Shown piece after piece: positions 1 through 14,500 of a DNA stretch of 64,000 nucleotides. This DNA comes from Seison nebaliae (taxonomy: Eukaryota). A model generated the notes under the pieces. The model was not told the DNA's origin. It ran no database searches and saw only the letters and a list, made by a program, of their open reading frames with translations. Each line of letters begins with the position of its first letter. Within the stretch, counting starts at the first letter, position 1. The DNA lies in the NCBI GenBank assembly GCA_023231475.1, contig JALJEE010000250.1, forward strand, positions 1 to 64,000, read 5' to 3'. The translations under genes were made by a program, and so were the position numbers.

Positions 1-302
1 GTTGAAATTGATCTGTTCCACCAGTATTTTTCCTCGATTAAGTTTGATAATCGTATCTCGTGTAACAACAATGATCACTCGAATTCTCAGCCGTTCATTA
101 ATTTCAATAAAATTTCGTTGTCCGAATTTCGAAAAGTTGTGCAATTTCGCAAATGGCCTCATCAAAATTATGGAACAATTAATAAAGAATGGATTTTCGC
201 TCAACCTGTATTCAATTAATGTATTCTATGTATCAATTTGCATATCGTAAGATGAGTAGAGGAACTCTTCCACTTCTTTTGCTATTGAAGTTCTTAATCT
301 CA

Positions 303-778
303 TTATTTATTTATTGATTAAAAAAAATTTCCGTCGGGATAAACATGAAAAAAGAGAAAAAAAATTACTGTCATCCTCTTTGTCAATAAAAAGGCGTAAT
401 TGATAAAGAGAATCGCGGTTGAGGTGGAATCGTATGTTGAGATGAAATTTTAAAAATCGATTAGAGAAATGTTTGGAGATAACCCATAGTATCTGACAAT
501 GTATGTGAAGACGGAATGGGTATGAAAAGGATGGATGTCGGAAGGATCACTAAAGAGTGAGTCAGAATTGTTAAATTTATCACGGAGTGAAAAAATACGA
601 CGACATAGAAGAATTGGAAGTGGTAAGATATTCACAGTAGCGAAAAGAAGTGAACGGTCGCATCTATGAAAACAGCAGATCATTCTTCTAATGAGCCGAT
701 TATAAGCTCGGTCCAAAGACAGAAAAGACCGATGAGAGCATAGAAAGATGGTCTCCAAAGAATATAATGGTAGCACTA
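303..778 (-). mobile_element. Degenerate 3' end of a non-LTR retrotransposon (LINE): ORF2 C-terminus plus (TAAA)n tail
   Basis: Minus frame LYSLETIF...RSFLSLDRAYNRLIRR resembles the post-RT 'LLYGxETW...LRRI' region of LINE ORF2. It ends in TCAATAAATAAATAAT. A colinear homologous copy lies at 35345-35810. Confidence 0.7.
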
Positions 779-1000
779 GGCTCCTGAATAGTGAAAGACG
801 GATCTTTAATGGGACGAATTTGGATTTATGAGAGAAGGAGAAAAAAGCTCTACAGAATTTGTTTCGAATACGATCGATTATGTCGTTATGATAATACGAA
901 ATTCGTCTTTTACTTTATTGACGATTCAAAGGCTTTTGATTCCGTTAATATGAATCGGTTAATAAATAATCTTTTCGAAATAAGTTTTATTTCTTGATTT
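779..1000 (+). mobile_element. LINE reverse-transcriptase fragment, inverted relative to the adjacent LINE 3' end
   Basis: EFGFMRE (QFGFR-like) and FIDDSKAFDSV (the FxDxxKAFDSV RT motif) lie on the + strand in different frames, i.e. frameshifted. Confidence 0.75.
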
Positions 1001-1283
1001 GTAAACTGTTCCGGAATATAAAAAAAAGTAATTTTTCTATTCCAAAAGTAATTGAAAAGCAACAATCCACAACAGATTTCTTCATGTCAACTATAATTGA
1101 CCGTTTTTAAATTAAAATTGATGTAATAAATTAGCAAATAGAATATATGAGAATTGATTATTTTATTTTGAAATAATAATCTTAAATGAAAATAGTCATG
1201 CACGAACTATTTAGATATGAATATTTAATTGTTTTCAATCAATAGTTAATATGATCTGTATTTATGGATATATTTTGAACATA

Positions 1284-1463
1284 TTAAAATTGCCATGGAT
1301 TTGAATCCTTTGTGGTTCTTTGACTACCCCAAGTGTTAAATACGAACGAATTAGGTTCGGTAGAAGAGAGCGTATTAGACCATCCAGACGACGAGGTCCT
1401 TCCACAGGAAACCATTGATACACTTAAGAAAGCAAGAATTAAAGAAAATAAAATTAATTTCAT
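1284..1463 (-). CDS. Small secreted peptide precursor, 59 aa, orphan
   Basis: Translation is MKLILFSLILAFLSVSMVSC-GRTSSSGWSNTLSSTEPNSFVFNTWGSQRTTKDSNPWQF*, with a typical n/h/c signal peptide. The mature part is GC-richer than the flanks. It falls just under the ORF-track length cutoff. Confidence 0.6.
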   Translation of the reverse strand: MKLILFSLILAFLSVSMVSCGRTSSSGWSNTLSSTEPNSFVFNTWGSQRTTKDSNPWQF

Positions 1464-2557
1464 TTTTGATAAATTAGTTTGATATTACGATGGTTTTTAT
1501 ACGGAACGAACTCTGAATCTTTATAGATAAATTATCAAAAATTATATTTGCTAATTGATGTGATTGATTATTCCATATTCTCCCTCATAAACATTCTTGT
1601 AAGAATACCGAGAAATTTAACATTTTTCTGATAGATATTATTGGGAAAACTTAATAACTAATACAATATTCATATATTTCAGTTATTCTATTAATTGAAT
1701 TCTTATTATTCACTATGAATTTTATGACTGCAAATGCTGGTGATTCAGATATAGGACAATTAAATGCGCTGTTTCATTTGTTGTTTATTTAACGGGAAAT
1801 ATTTAAGTTAAGAATTTTATTAGTTGAGTGATTAAGCATGCTTCATTTAAATACGATCTAAATTCTGTCTATTCCATAATAAAAAACAATCCTAAGAAAT
1901 CAAAATATTCATGGAGAGACCATTATACAATTATTAATTCACTAAATTTTGCTTATTCAAATTTTGCCTAAAGCTTATTCGGTTAATATTGTTCGATGGT
2001 CTCAAAGAAAGACGATATCTATCTTTTCATTTATCTCTCATGTTTGAAGTAGTCCCCAGAAGATAAGAAATACGATATCCAAATCACAATTACTATTTTA
2101 TCATTATTTTGATGGAAAAGAAAAAATTAATTTAAATTTATTTGTTGAATATTTGAAAAGATCAATTTAATAATGTTACATAATAATAATTAAAGATAGT
2201 TCTCTGAATAGTTTTTGAGAGTAAAAGCGTGAGAATAAGAATTATGGTGAAAAGTCGTAAAATTTCATCTACATCTCTTAATCCAATAGATGACGACTGT
2301 TCAAACTGGTTGATGGTTGTGAGAGAAAGTTTAGAAAGAAAATATTCAATCGGTCAACAAATCCACTGGTGTTGTTATCGTTGATTGTAAGGATAAATGA
2401 TAATTCACAATTATCATCCATTTTCAGCGATGAAATTCGATGGATGAACATGATTTGTTCTTTCGAAATAATTTATCATAAACAACTCTTAGAAATAAAT
2501 AAGAAAAATAATGAAAATAAATTGGTTAAGCAACGAATTTTCTGGAGAAATTCATTT

Positions 2558-5500
2558 TTACTGATGTTTCATTTGTCTCTCCAATTGGTAGAGAGCCGTA
2601 CGGAGACGATTTGGTTTAATTCGAACATGATTGGTTCGACAATCGGAATCGATGATGTTCCGTTCTCGAATTGTTTTTGAAAAAGAATTTTTTATTTCAT
2701 TCCAAACTATCAATTCTTTCCCTAAAATAATCCAGTTACTGGATAAAACATCTTCGATTGTATTGAAAGAACTAAAAGAAATTTCAGAAATTACTGAATA
2801 ATTAGAAAAAGTTTAATTAACTTTTCTTTCACTTTTGAGAAAAAATCATAAAGAGTTTCACTACCATCTTCTGGTAATTGATCCAGTTGTATGTATTCTA
2901 ATTCACTTGTTACTTTTCCACTTAACAAGAGATAAATAAAGAGGAATATCGATTTTAGTGTATCTTAATATGACAAATGAGAAAGATATTGGTAAGAGAA
3001 AATTATATGAAGAGAAATGAAACCTTTCAAATTGATTGAGTCGGTCGACCATTTTAAAACGTGAAGTGATTTTATCAAGTTAATTTCACTAGCCAATTGG
3101 AATGACATTAAATCACATTCTTCAACATTTGAACATCCGAATAAATAAATATTTCTAGCACTAATCATTGGTACGGATAATTTGTGCTCAATCAAAAAAT
3201 TTACGTATTCAAACAATCTTGTACAAATGACACAAATATCAGTTTCTGTATAAAATTTTTTCTCAGATAAATATCGACTTAAATTAATGGCAATCGGTTC
3301 AAGTGATTTTGGACGAATTTCTAATCGTCGTTGAAATGTCGTTGTCAATTGAAACATCGGAATAAACAGCTCGTTATTATAAATGAGATAACGATAATTT
3401 TTCGATTGTGATTCATTAAACATTTTCATTATTTCGTTCAAATGTTCAATATCTTTCTGAACGAATTGAGAATTGTCAATTCTTAAAGAAATCCATTCCT
3501 CACCATTATCGAATTCCATAAAAAATTGTGACAATTTCATTTTCTGTCCTATACTTTCAATCGGATTAGCGATCAATCGAATTGATCGGACGTTGTGTTT
3601 CGATGACAATTCTGTCCATTTACCGATATTATCTAATATGGTTTTCATCTTTTCATTTGTGGTGAAAGGAGAGGAAATAATTTCTAAATTGTTCGATGAT
3701 TTTGTTCGCAATCGACACAATTCAAATGAGGGAGAATTTAGAACAATAAAATTTTCTTTTGTTCTCTCCAGAACTTTCCACTCTTTCTCCTGGAAATATT
3801 CCAGAGAATAATCATTGTCATTTCCATCAATATTCCATTCGATTCGATTATTGTTCCATTCGACCTTCTTAGGAAATCGAGGCAAAGGACTTAAAGTGAC
3901 TTTGGTAGTTGTAGTGGTCGTTCCTGCTGGATTGGTTGCAACACATTTATATGAACCGATATGTGACGGTTTCGTATGACGAATTACCAACGTAACAATT
4001 CCAGAGAATTGATCGTAGAAAGTAGAGAATTGATTTTCGTTCAAATATGTCGAAATTTCTTCGTCATTCTTGAACCATCGAATCTTGGGGAAAGGATAAC
4101 CATCAATTCGACATTTCATGATGAGAAGATCATTCAAGTTCAATTCCATTTGTTCCATTAACATCTCGGTGAATTTTGGTGGTTTATCTTCGATTAACAA
4201 TGGTTCCATATCCGACACATCTTCAACCATCGGTGATGAACTTCGACATCGATCATAATCAATAAATCGACGACGATATGCATTCCGTTCGTGCACCGTA
4301 TCAGACGGTAAATTCGTATTAACATTAGTAATCGAATTGAAATAATATGGGGAATATTTGGAAGTTCTTCGATAATTTCTCACACGAACCACAAAATCCA
4401 CATCATCGACAGGAAGGATATGTGAACCGATTTCCGACAACCAATAATTTCCCACATTCAATTGATTTTCATTGTTAGTAAGTGAAATATATTTCAAACA
4501 ATTTTCATCAATCTTCTTTTGAAATATTTTCCCGTTTGGAAATTGTGGAAATTCGAGGGTTATTCCATCAGTCTTCTCCGTCGAATTGAACCAAGGATGT
4601 TCTAGAATTTGACTGATATCAAATAAACGTTCGAATGAATTAAATTTCAATAATTTCTTCAATAAATCAACGAGATTTCTATCAGAAATTAATTGATCAA
4701 TAATAGAATAGAGATGCTGTTGGAAAGATTTATCCGAATATTTCTTCACCATTTCTTCATATGAGACGAGAATCATTTCATCGAATATCGAAAGAATCAT
4801 ATAAGCCACCGCCCAAATATCGGAAGCTAAAGATATTGATTGACTTTGTTCGAATCTCGTCAATTCAGGTGACATGTAACTATTCCAACAGAATGATGTA
4901 TGATAGAATGTTGATGTGGTATCGATACAATTCATTCGACAACCACATTTCCACCATGATCCAATTTCTATTTTCACTTTTCCATCATTCTCCTCTCTCA
5001 CATAAATATTGAATGGATTGAGTGAAAGATGAGCTGTATTGGCCACATGTGCAATAGAAAGTTTTGAAAGAATTTGTTTAATGATTTCTCGTAATTCATT
5101 CATTGTTAATCGTTTCCGTCTATATAGATATTGCCATAAATTTTCAATTTTATATTCATACTCTTTCATCAAATAGAAACAAAGATGATTATTATGAATA
5201 AAATCCACAATCGATTCATCACCAAAAATTGTTTTATGTAATTCAGGAGGAAGATTGAGAAGATTACCAATATCTAATCGTCTCAATGGACGTCGATCGA
5301 TCACACAAAATAAATTATTATTATCCTTCTTTGATTGACATCGATGAATATCGAAGATTTTATTCCATCCATTTTCCTCTCGATCCATTAACTGATATTT
5401 ATAAGAAAGTAGTTGTCGTTGATCATGTTGGACTTTTGAAGATAATGTATCTTCATCAAACCGTTTTAATGATAATTTTGAAGATTCATTCAATTTTGAT

Positions 5501-8500
5501 AACGAACTTGATTTATCAACAAACATCTCCGTTTCTATTGAAGAATTATCGAATTTTACTCTAACCGAACATAATACCATTCCTGCGATGTTCGACGCTT
5601 GACATGTGTAAGTTCCAGGAAGAATGGGATATGATAATTTCAATCCAAAACTATTTCCTTCCTCCGTCGCTTCAAATAAATTTGATTTAATTAATTTATC
5701 TGTCGAGTCACTAATCACTTTCCAGTCACGAAGCCAAACGATATTCGGTTTGGGATCGGCATCAATTCGACAATTTAACGTAACTTCATTATTCCTCATG
5801 ACGGTCAATGATTTGGGTAATTCTTCAATGAAAATTGGTTTTTTCGCTAATTGCACATCAAATTCCGCTTCGTCATATCCACGGTTGTTAATTGCACGTA
5901 CATTATATCGTCCACATAATTCGTCATTAGCTAATCCCAAATGTAAATATTTCAATTTCGATTTGGAACGATCATTCAATTTCAAATGATTATCTAATAA
6001 AACTCCATTCCGTCTCCATTCCATTTGGGGGAAAGGATAACCTTCAACCCAAACCGGCAATTTACATTTCTCATTCTCTACCAGATACATAACTTTTGGT
6101 AATTCTTCTCTCATTATTCTTGGGGCAAATTCGAGATGAGATGATGATGGATTCATCAACTCCAAATTTTTCCTTTGTTCTGATTCGAGAGAGAATTTCT
6201 GCTCTCTCAAACTCGCATTCATATATTTTCCTTCTTTCTTTTTATGTTTCACTTCTGATATCATTTCACTTTTCTCTTCGGGAGGAAGTGGAACATAACA
6301 AATAATTTCAGACGATTCAACAATTTCATTTTTTTTATCTTTTATTGCTAATCGGAAATTGTTGGCGATTGTCACATCTAAATCGATGACGAAGATTCCT
6401 TCATAATCTGATATCGGTTTCTTTTCAATAGACGTCAATTCTCCATCCGATTTTAATAAGAACAATTCAATTGAATAATCTTCATTAATTTCATTCACAT
6501 TCCAATTTAATTGTATTCGATTTTCATTATTCATTTGAATTATTGGTGTTTTCATAAATGATGGCGATTTCGTCATCAAATTCTTCGTTCGATGTAAGTC
6601 GGTCAATTCCAATAATTTTATACATTTCCCATAATCATTTTGTAATTGAAGTCGAATCATCTTCTTCTCATCTAATCGTTTCATCGATATATCGAATTCG
6701 ATCGAATGTTCCAATTTATTTTTATTTGTTAATTGACAATTGTCTAATTGGAGAGTTTGTTTCGATCCTTCGACATAACAAGAAATATTTGAAATTGGTA
6801 AAGACTCATATTCACATTTCATATGGAGGACATCGTCGTTGTTTGTTTGCCAATAGATGTCGATGAGAGACGGAATAAGACAAGCCACTTCATATCGTAG
6901 TGGTGATGGTGATGGTGCACGTCTCTCCTCAATTTCTTGATTAATCGATGGTCGTCGAATGGAATTTCGATATTCTTCGGTAGAGAGAACTTGTAAATTT
7001 CCAACGGATACCACTTCACCATATCGATTATTAATATGAATAATATATTTCCCCGAACAATTCGGAGTTACGTTTCGAATGAGTAATCGATAAAATTCTT
7101 CATCATTCTCAATTTGATAATTATCAGATGATTCAATTCGTTTCCATTGATGATTCCATTGAACTATTGATGGTTCTTTCGATTTGATGCGACAAACAAA
7201 TAAGACGTCCGATTTCTCCATTGCTATAATATTGGACAGATGATTGAGAACGATTGGAGGATCGTTTCGATGTCGATGATATGACGATTGATTTGGATGT
7301 TTCTTATCCGAATGTCTCAATGTTAAAAGTGCTGCTGATGACGATAAAAGAAGTGAAGGTGGTGGGGGAGATTTAGAAGTAGAACGACGTATCGATCGAT
7401 GAGATTGAACGTGTAGAGCTCCATGATTCTTGATAGATTTTCCACTTTTATTCTCATTTAAAACACACGTAACTAAACCAGACAGATTCTTCCCAACATT
7501 TTTCAATTTCAATATCGATTCGTTCTTCGACGAATTAATTTCATAAGAATTATTTCTCAGAAATTTATTATCTAAATTAATTAATTGATTATTAATGAGC
7601 CAATTGACTTCGACATCCTCATTTTGAGAGATGAAACTACAACGAAATTGACAATCGTCTCCATCCATTACACTAACATCAACCATTTTATCCAGAAATT
7701 TTAATGGACAAGATGACGGCGAAAATCGAGAAGGTGATGCTGATGATGTATATCGTTTATTCTGATTGAAATATCGTTTCATTGAAGGTGATTGAGAGAA
7801 ACGATAATCGCTAAACGATGAAAATTGATTCAACATAATCGGAACATGAATCGGTTTCGAAGGATTGCTTGTCAATTGGAAACGTAAGAAATTTTCATTC
7901 AATTTTTTCAAATCTGAAAAATTCAAATGGAATTTTATAACATCATTATCGTCAGACAATTCGTAAGGAATGAGAATGGAATCATCAACATCATTCCCAT
8001 CTAAATTGTGAGTTAATCGAATAGTCAACGAGTTGGAATCGTCTAATTTTTCATTTAATTTCAAAGTGATTTCCGTATCTTCCTCATCATTAACCGTTAA
8101 TTTTTTAGGTAAACAACTCAATAGATTTGAATTGATATGTACCAATTCTCTAGTATCATCTAATGGCATACCATTATTCTTTTTCAAAATGAACTTCACT
8201 AAAATATTGTTATCTCGAGCGAAGGAAGTTTTATCGATGATCAATTGTCGTTTTCCATTTGCCAATTTTTTGGTCGTCAAATATGAACAAACATAAGAAT
8301 TTGGATGATGTTCATCGAAAATGATTTTATTCGTTTCTCCATTCACTATCTGGAAATAACCGATTGCTTCCAATACGGATAATTGAACTTCGAAAATCTT
8401 TTCACAATTCTCATCGATCCAACTCTCGCCAGATAATTTCTTGATAAATTTCGGATAATTTTCATGAACGAAAACATGTGAAGTTGATAGTGGCAATAAA

Positions 8501-11500
8501 GCATTACTACTATTCCTCCAATACAACGTGTATTTTCCTGATATGGAATCAGACGATGAAATGTGTTTACCTTCGATATGAAATGTTGCTGTTTGACCAG
8601 TTAGTTTAACCGTTACAGGAATATGTCTCATGACATGATTATCATTCTCATTGACGGAACAAGTGCCCAATGGACATTTCCAAATTAAGTCGTTCAAAAT
8701 ACAACTGGGCATATGTGACAAGGAGCAATCGAGTAAGAGTGCATCTTGATTCTCCATATATAAATGAATTTCACTTGGAAGACAAGAGAGAACTTTCGAT
8801 GGCGCTTCATTCACATATAAATATGAATCACTTTTAATTTTCGATCCCATTCGACAGGAAACGATTCCCTCATCATTTTGCGTTGGTCTCTTGGTACTGG
8901 TCGGCCAATAAAGTGTTAAACGACGAAGACCCGAAATATTATCACTTTCAAAAACGTGTAATGGTAAATCAGATGAATTAACCAATTGAGATGGTTCTTG
9001 AATTGATGATTCCTTCCTCAAATATCGTCCACAATAAAACCAGTTGACGTCGTAATGTGGCGGATAAACGATACAATCATAAACAGCAAATATAGGAGCA
9101 TATTCATTCCCGATAATTTTACCTGATTGTAACGTAATAGCTGATGGTAATGATCGTAAGAATTTGGGAACTGATGGAAATACAGTAATTTTAGAAGAAC
9201 AATGAATCCGTTCAATAATTCCATTACGATCTGGTAATGATGAGACATGGCAACTGTACACGTCACTATCACTACATTTGACATGACGAAGTTGAAGAGA
9301 AAATGATTTCCCACCAATATCACTAACACAATTCCAACGATGAGTTAATTCGTCGTCTGAATCGGTTGGTAGAAGTTCACCATTTTTCGCCCATTGAACT
9401 TGTGATCTTGGTAATTGTTGATTTACGCGACACTTAATCGTCATATCTTCACCTTCCTCACCAATAATATCATGACATTTCTTCTCGAAACATAATAATG
9501 GTTTTGGTACATATAATTTTCCTGTCGTTTTCTGCTTCGTCGTCTTCTCTCGACACATCACTTCCATTTGATCATCTGTTCCTTTAACACATAAAACTCT
9601 CAATGTATGAATTCTACCATCACCACTCGATGCTGTTACTATACGATGTCGTCCATCTAAATCACTTTTTTGTGCTACTCGATGACCAGCCGCTACAACA
9701 CGACCAGCTGGTGCTGTAACACCAATCGGTGTGGTAATGAGACTGCCATTGACGAACCACTCGACTTGTCGTCGTTTATCTGTTCCACATCGAAAGACAA
9801 CTTCTGCTGTATCGATTTTCGCTTCACGATCTTTTAATGGAACAATAAAAATTTCATTTCCATCATCTTCATTCAATTTGGGTGGTGATCGTCGTCCTCG
9901 AATATCATCAACAACCATCTCTCGTTTTGGGGTTTTACTCTTTTGAGAGTAGAATTCAATTTCCGTATCTTTCACTTTGAATTTATCAAAAGCCGAACTC
10001 TTTTTCTTTTCTTCGATTTCTTTCGGACGAATATTCAATCGATATTTTCGAACAACATTATCCAAATCTTTCACAATCAATACACGTTCATCATGATCGA
10101 GAATTGTCGGACTTCTGATAGTGAAACGATGATCCATTCCTAAATTGAGAACGGTCAAATGATAATCGTTCGACCGATTCTGGTGAATGGGAGGACAACC
10201 ATCAAAATTCCATTGAATATTATATGATGGTATTGTTAAATTACATTTAATCGTTAACGGTTCACCTTCGATTCCTTCAATCATTTCAATTGGAGGTACT
10301 CGATCATCAAAATCTAATTTCTTCTCTTTCTTCTTCTTTTTCTCATTATCTTTATCATACAAAACGGTGACATATAATTGAACGGATTTATTCGTCTTCT
10401 CATCATAACATCGATACATGGCCGTGTCAGCAAATGCATCAGCATCATGAAGTGTAAAATATTCGCATAATTCATGTGGTGATGTTTCGATTCGAACTTT
10501 CGGATCGATTACTGATTGTAATTCTCGATTATTCTTAAACCATCTTAACGGTGTCAATCGTTTGACATGACAACATAATTCTATTTTATCTCCATGATTG
10601 ACTTGTTGTCGACCAGACAAATGCATATCATTCGGTCGTTGTTTAATTTCAATATTGATCGGTGTTCGAGTTGATGTCTCCGGATTCTTCAAAACATATT
10701 TTCCACCATCAGATAATTCAGATTTTTGAATGGTAATCGTTGCTGTCACATCATCCGGTTGATGTTCGATTTGTAATCGTTGATCATTCGGTGACAATAA
10801 AACACCGTCTTTTCTCCAATCAATGTTCTTTTTCGTCGGTCGAGAGAGGAGACAATTTATTTTCAATTCTTCCCCTTCAAATACCGGAGAATTTGAATGT
10901 AACGACAATTCGAGTGGTGGAAGAATATTTAATTTTATTTTATTCGATTCCTCAATTTTCTCTGGCTCATTCAAATTCACATCATTCTCATCTAATGGCC
11001 ATGCCACGGAATATTCACCAATATTGGACGGCGAACTTTTATCGAAACTGATGATAATCGCAACGTGACCATTCGGAAGAATTTTTGCATTACATTTATT
11101 TTCACCATTTAATGGAATTAATTTACCATCCTTTATCCATCGGAAACCATATAAATCTTTTTTTGAACGTTGTCCAAATGGAACATCGGACATGATACAT
11201 TCAATGACGGAACTCTCGCCAGAAATTATTGGTGACTCTTCCGGTATAATTCTTGGTTGACGTAAAACATATATCGGTTCTCTTTTCTCTTCTTCACTTT
11301 TATCATCATCATCATCTTGTATGAATAAATTCTCTAATGATTTCGTTCTCGGTTTAATTTGCACATCACATGATGTTCGCAAATCAGACGCATCAGCATC
11401 TAACGGAAAAATTATCGTATACTTTCCAGAATCATATCCAGTAGCATCATGAATAATGATGGTAATTGTTGGTGAATCGGATGGAGAAAATTGATAATGA

Positions 11501-14500
11501 TCTGAAATTTCATTTCCCATTTTCAATCGATTATCATCTCGTCTTAAGAATACTCGAGATGTTTCTGCTGGTGTTAACGGTCGATTCAATAGACAAGTAA
11601 GTCGAACTTCGTCACCATCATATTTGAGTGGTACGTCGTCAGATCGATTATCATCATTTTCTATATGTAACTCTTTCACAATCTTTAATGGCAAAGTTAT
11701 ATTAAGTGGTTCGAGGTCGATTGATGGTCGACGTCTGATATGAACCATCGCTGATGTTTTCTTATCGCCAATTCGACAAGTGTAAACTCCTTCGTCATTC
11801 AACTTCACATTTTTCATTAAAAGAATATGTTCCGTATTATTTCCAGCGGAAAGTTTTTGAACATCTTTTGACTCTTCAATCGGTTCCTCTTTTTCATTCT
11901 GATCCTTATCTGTTTTCAATCTCGTCCAAAAAACTGGTTGTTCCGGTGAAATATTGACAGAACAATTTAAACTGATATCTGATCCCTCAATAACATCGAT
12001 CGGTTTTAATCGTTCGGTAAATTCCAGTTGTGGTTTCGGCAATGTCACCGTATAATCAGATCGATGGAAACCATCATTTTTATCGTTTGGAATCAATATG
12101 GAATATTCACCCGCATCTTTATCTACTTTAACATTGGCAATTCGAAGAATTTGATAATTATTCTTCGCATCCGCCACATAATGTCCATTCTCATCATTAG
12201 TCACATCTAGCGGGACATTATTGTGGAGCCATTTGACATGTTCGATGGGAATCTTTTGTAAAGTTTCTGCTGCCAGAATAATTTTACAATTTTCCGATGG
12301 CATTTCATTTCGTGGTTCAGCTAAATATAATTCGCGAGCGAAGCCATTTGATGAATCTGGTTTACTTACCACTAATCGACAAGATGTCCGATCTCCACTA
12401 TTTGTGACGGCTTCAAATATTCCACTATCATCTAAATTACTTCGATGAATGACGAGATTACGACGTCTAGCATGACTCAACACACGAATACGACCATCTT
12501 CATCTAAATCATTCAATGGTTGACCATCTTTCAACCACGTCACTATACCATGTTCATTATCAACTTTTACTTCGAAATTGACTGCTTCGCCTAACGCCGA
12601 ATTGACGATCGCTTGAGGTAAACGTTTCGTAAAATGACACGGTGCTATATCCACTAAAACATTACACGATGTCACAAGTTGTCGATCAAATTTCTTATCT
12701 TTCACTTCTTCTTCTCCTGCGATTGGATTGGTACTGTACAAATGATCGATTACTTGACAAGTAAATATTCCATTTTCACTTGGGCGTAAATCGCCGATTG
12801 ATAATTCATGAACTTTCCCACTCGAAACAAGAGAATGACGATTATCATTCTTCAATTGTTTTCCTGAAGTAATCGCTTGATGTGGTGTTGTCATTGCTGT
12901 GGATAATAAGAGTTCGTCCGACGGTTCCCATAACCAGATGACACCCACTCCTGGTAATGATAATTCACATTCCAATTGAAGTTGATCGCCTTGTTGGATG
13001 GTGATCTCTGATGGAAGATGACGAATCCAATGAAGTGAATCACTTTCATATACAGATAATTGTGTGGTCGTTTCATTATCATTTACTCGACAACCATATT
13101 TTCCTTCGTCATCTAATGTGGCATTTTTGATAATTAATCGTTGTAATATTCCATCATTCTCCATCTTATATTTATCAGTATTGTCTACAGGGACCGCTTC
13201 TTCATCTTTCAACCATGTGACGAATTCGGTTGGTTGTAATTCTTCTTGTAATTCAACTTCTAACACAACATCACCACCTTCATTGACTGATGTCTCTCGT
13301 TTGAGTGGTCGTCGGAAGACACGTTTAGAATATGGTTTTGCATCAGCCACTTCTTCCACTGGTTGTGGTGTCTCTCGTTTACCAGATCGACTAATCGTCA
13401 AATGACATTTAGTTGGATCATCGGGATATTTATCCAATTCACATGCAATACATCCGATATCGGATGATAAAGTTCGTTTAAGAACAAGTTTGTGTCTCGG
13501 TCCATCATCAATGAATAATATCCGTTCACCATCACTCACTAACGGTAAATTATTCATCGTCCATTTAATGGGAATTGTAGCGACGTGCGATGCTGCCACA
13601 CAATCTATGATAAGTGAATCTTCTTCATTAACACAAACGGTTTCTGGTAGACATCGTAGCCAAATATCTCTCGACTCCTTAATATGAAGAGTGCCGACTG
13701 TGGGCTCGAGAGCGGCCTTGCCTGATGGAAGATAAACATTACATTCATATTCTCCATTATCTGATAATTTCGTTGAAACGATCTCCAATGAGAGTGTATG
13801 ATAATTGTTGAGTGACGTGATTCTTGAATCAATATTGATATTCTTCTCATTCTTCTTCCAAACTATTTTCCAATCATCACGTGGACTGATATTCAATTCC
13901 GCTTCCAAAATTAATGATTCATCAATATTCACTTCAGTAGTTCGTGGTAATTGTCTTTTCCAAAAGATTTTCTTTGAAATTTCTTTCACATTCAAATCAA
14001 TCGAAGTTAATATCGAATCATCTTTTTTCTCGTTTGACGAATCTGGTGCATATTCTGATAATTCCTTCAAATTTAATGAAACTGTCGAATTGTTGTCAGT
14101 GAGTAAAGGATTGGAAATTTTTAAATTTAAAGTAAAGGTATTCGGTTCATCTGATTCTCGAATCATCGTGTCATATCGCATTTGATCTTTACAAATTAAT
14201 TTATCATGCATCCAAATTAAATGATCTGTCCAATCGATATCGGGAACATCAGGTAAATATAAAGTACATTGTAGAATAATTTCAGATGTCGATTCATCAT
14301 TCTCTTTATTATTCATAATAGTCAATGGATCAATAACAATTATTCGGCTTGGTTTCTTCTCTTCTTCCTTCTCATCTTCTTTCAATGGAACAACTTTCAA
14401 GTTTGTTTCTGATGTTAGAACGATCTCATTGTCATCATTTCGTATTTGAATTTTATAAATCGCTTCATCTTCATTTTTCACATTTCCTATCTCCAATGTA

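Noticed and set aside
1..303. Minus-strand frame MRLRTSIAK..DT*NTLIEY..QINFN running off the window, with one in-frame TAG; also + ORF 2..250
   Set aside because: No recognisable homology and truncated by the window edge. I cannot distinguish pseudogene, exon or chance; one TAG is no evidence for recoding.
2200..2557. Possible additional terminal obscurin exons, and + ORF 2369..2680
   Set aside because: Several splice solutions are possible and none is supported by motifs. The + ORF is likely a shadow.
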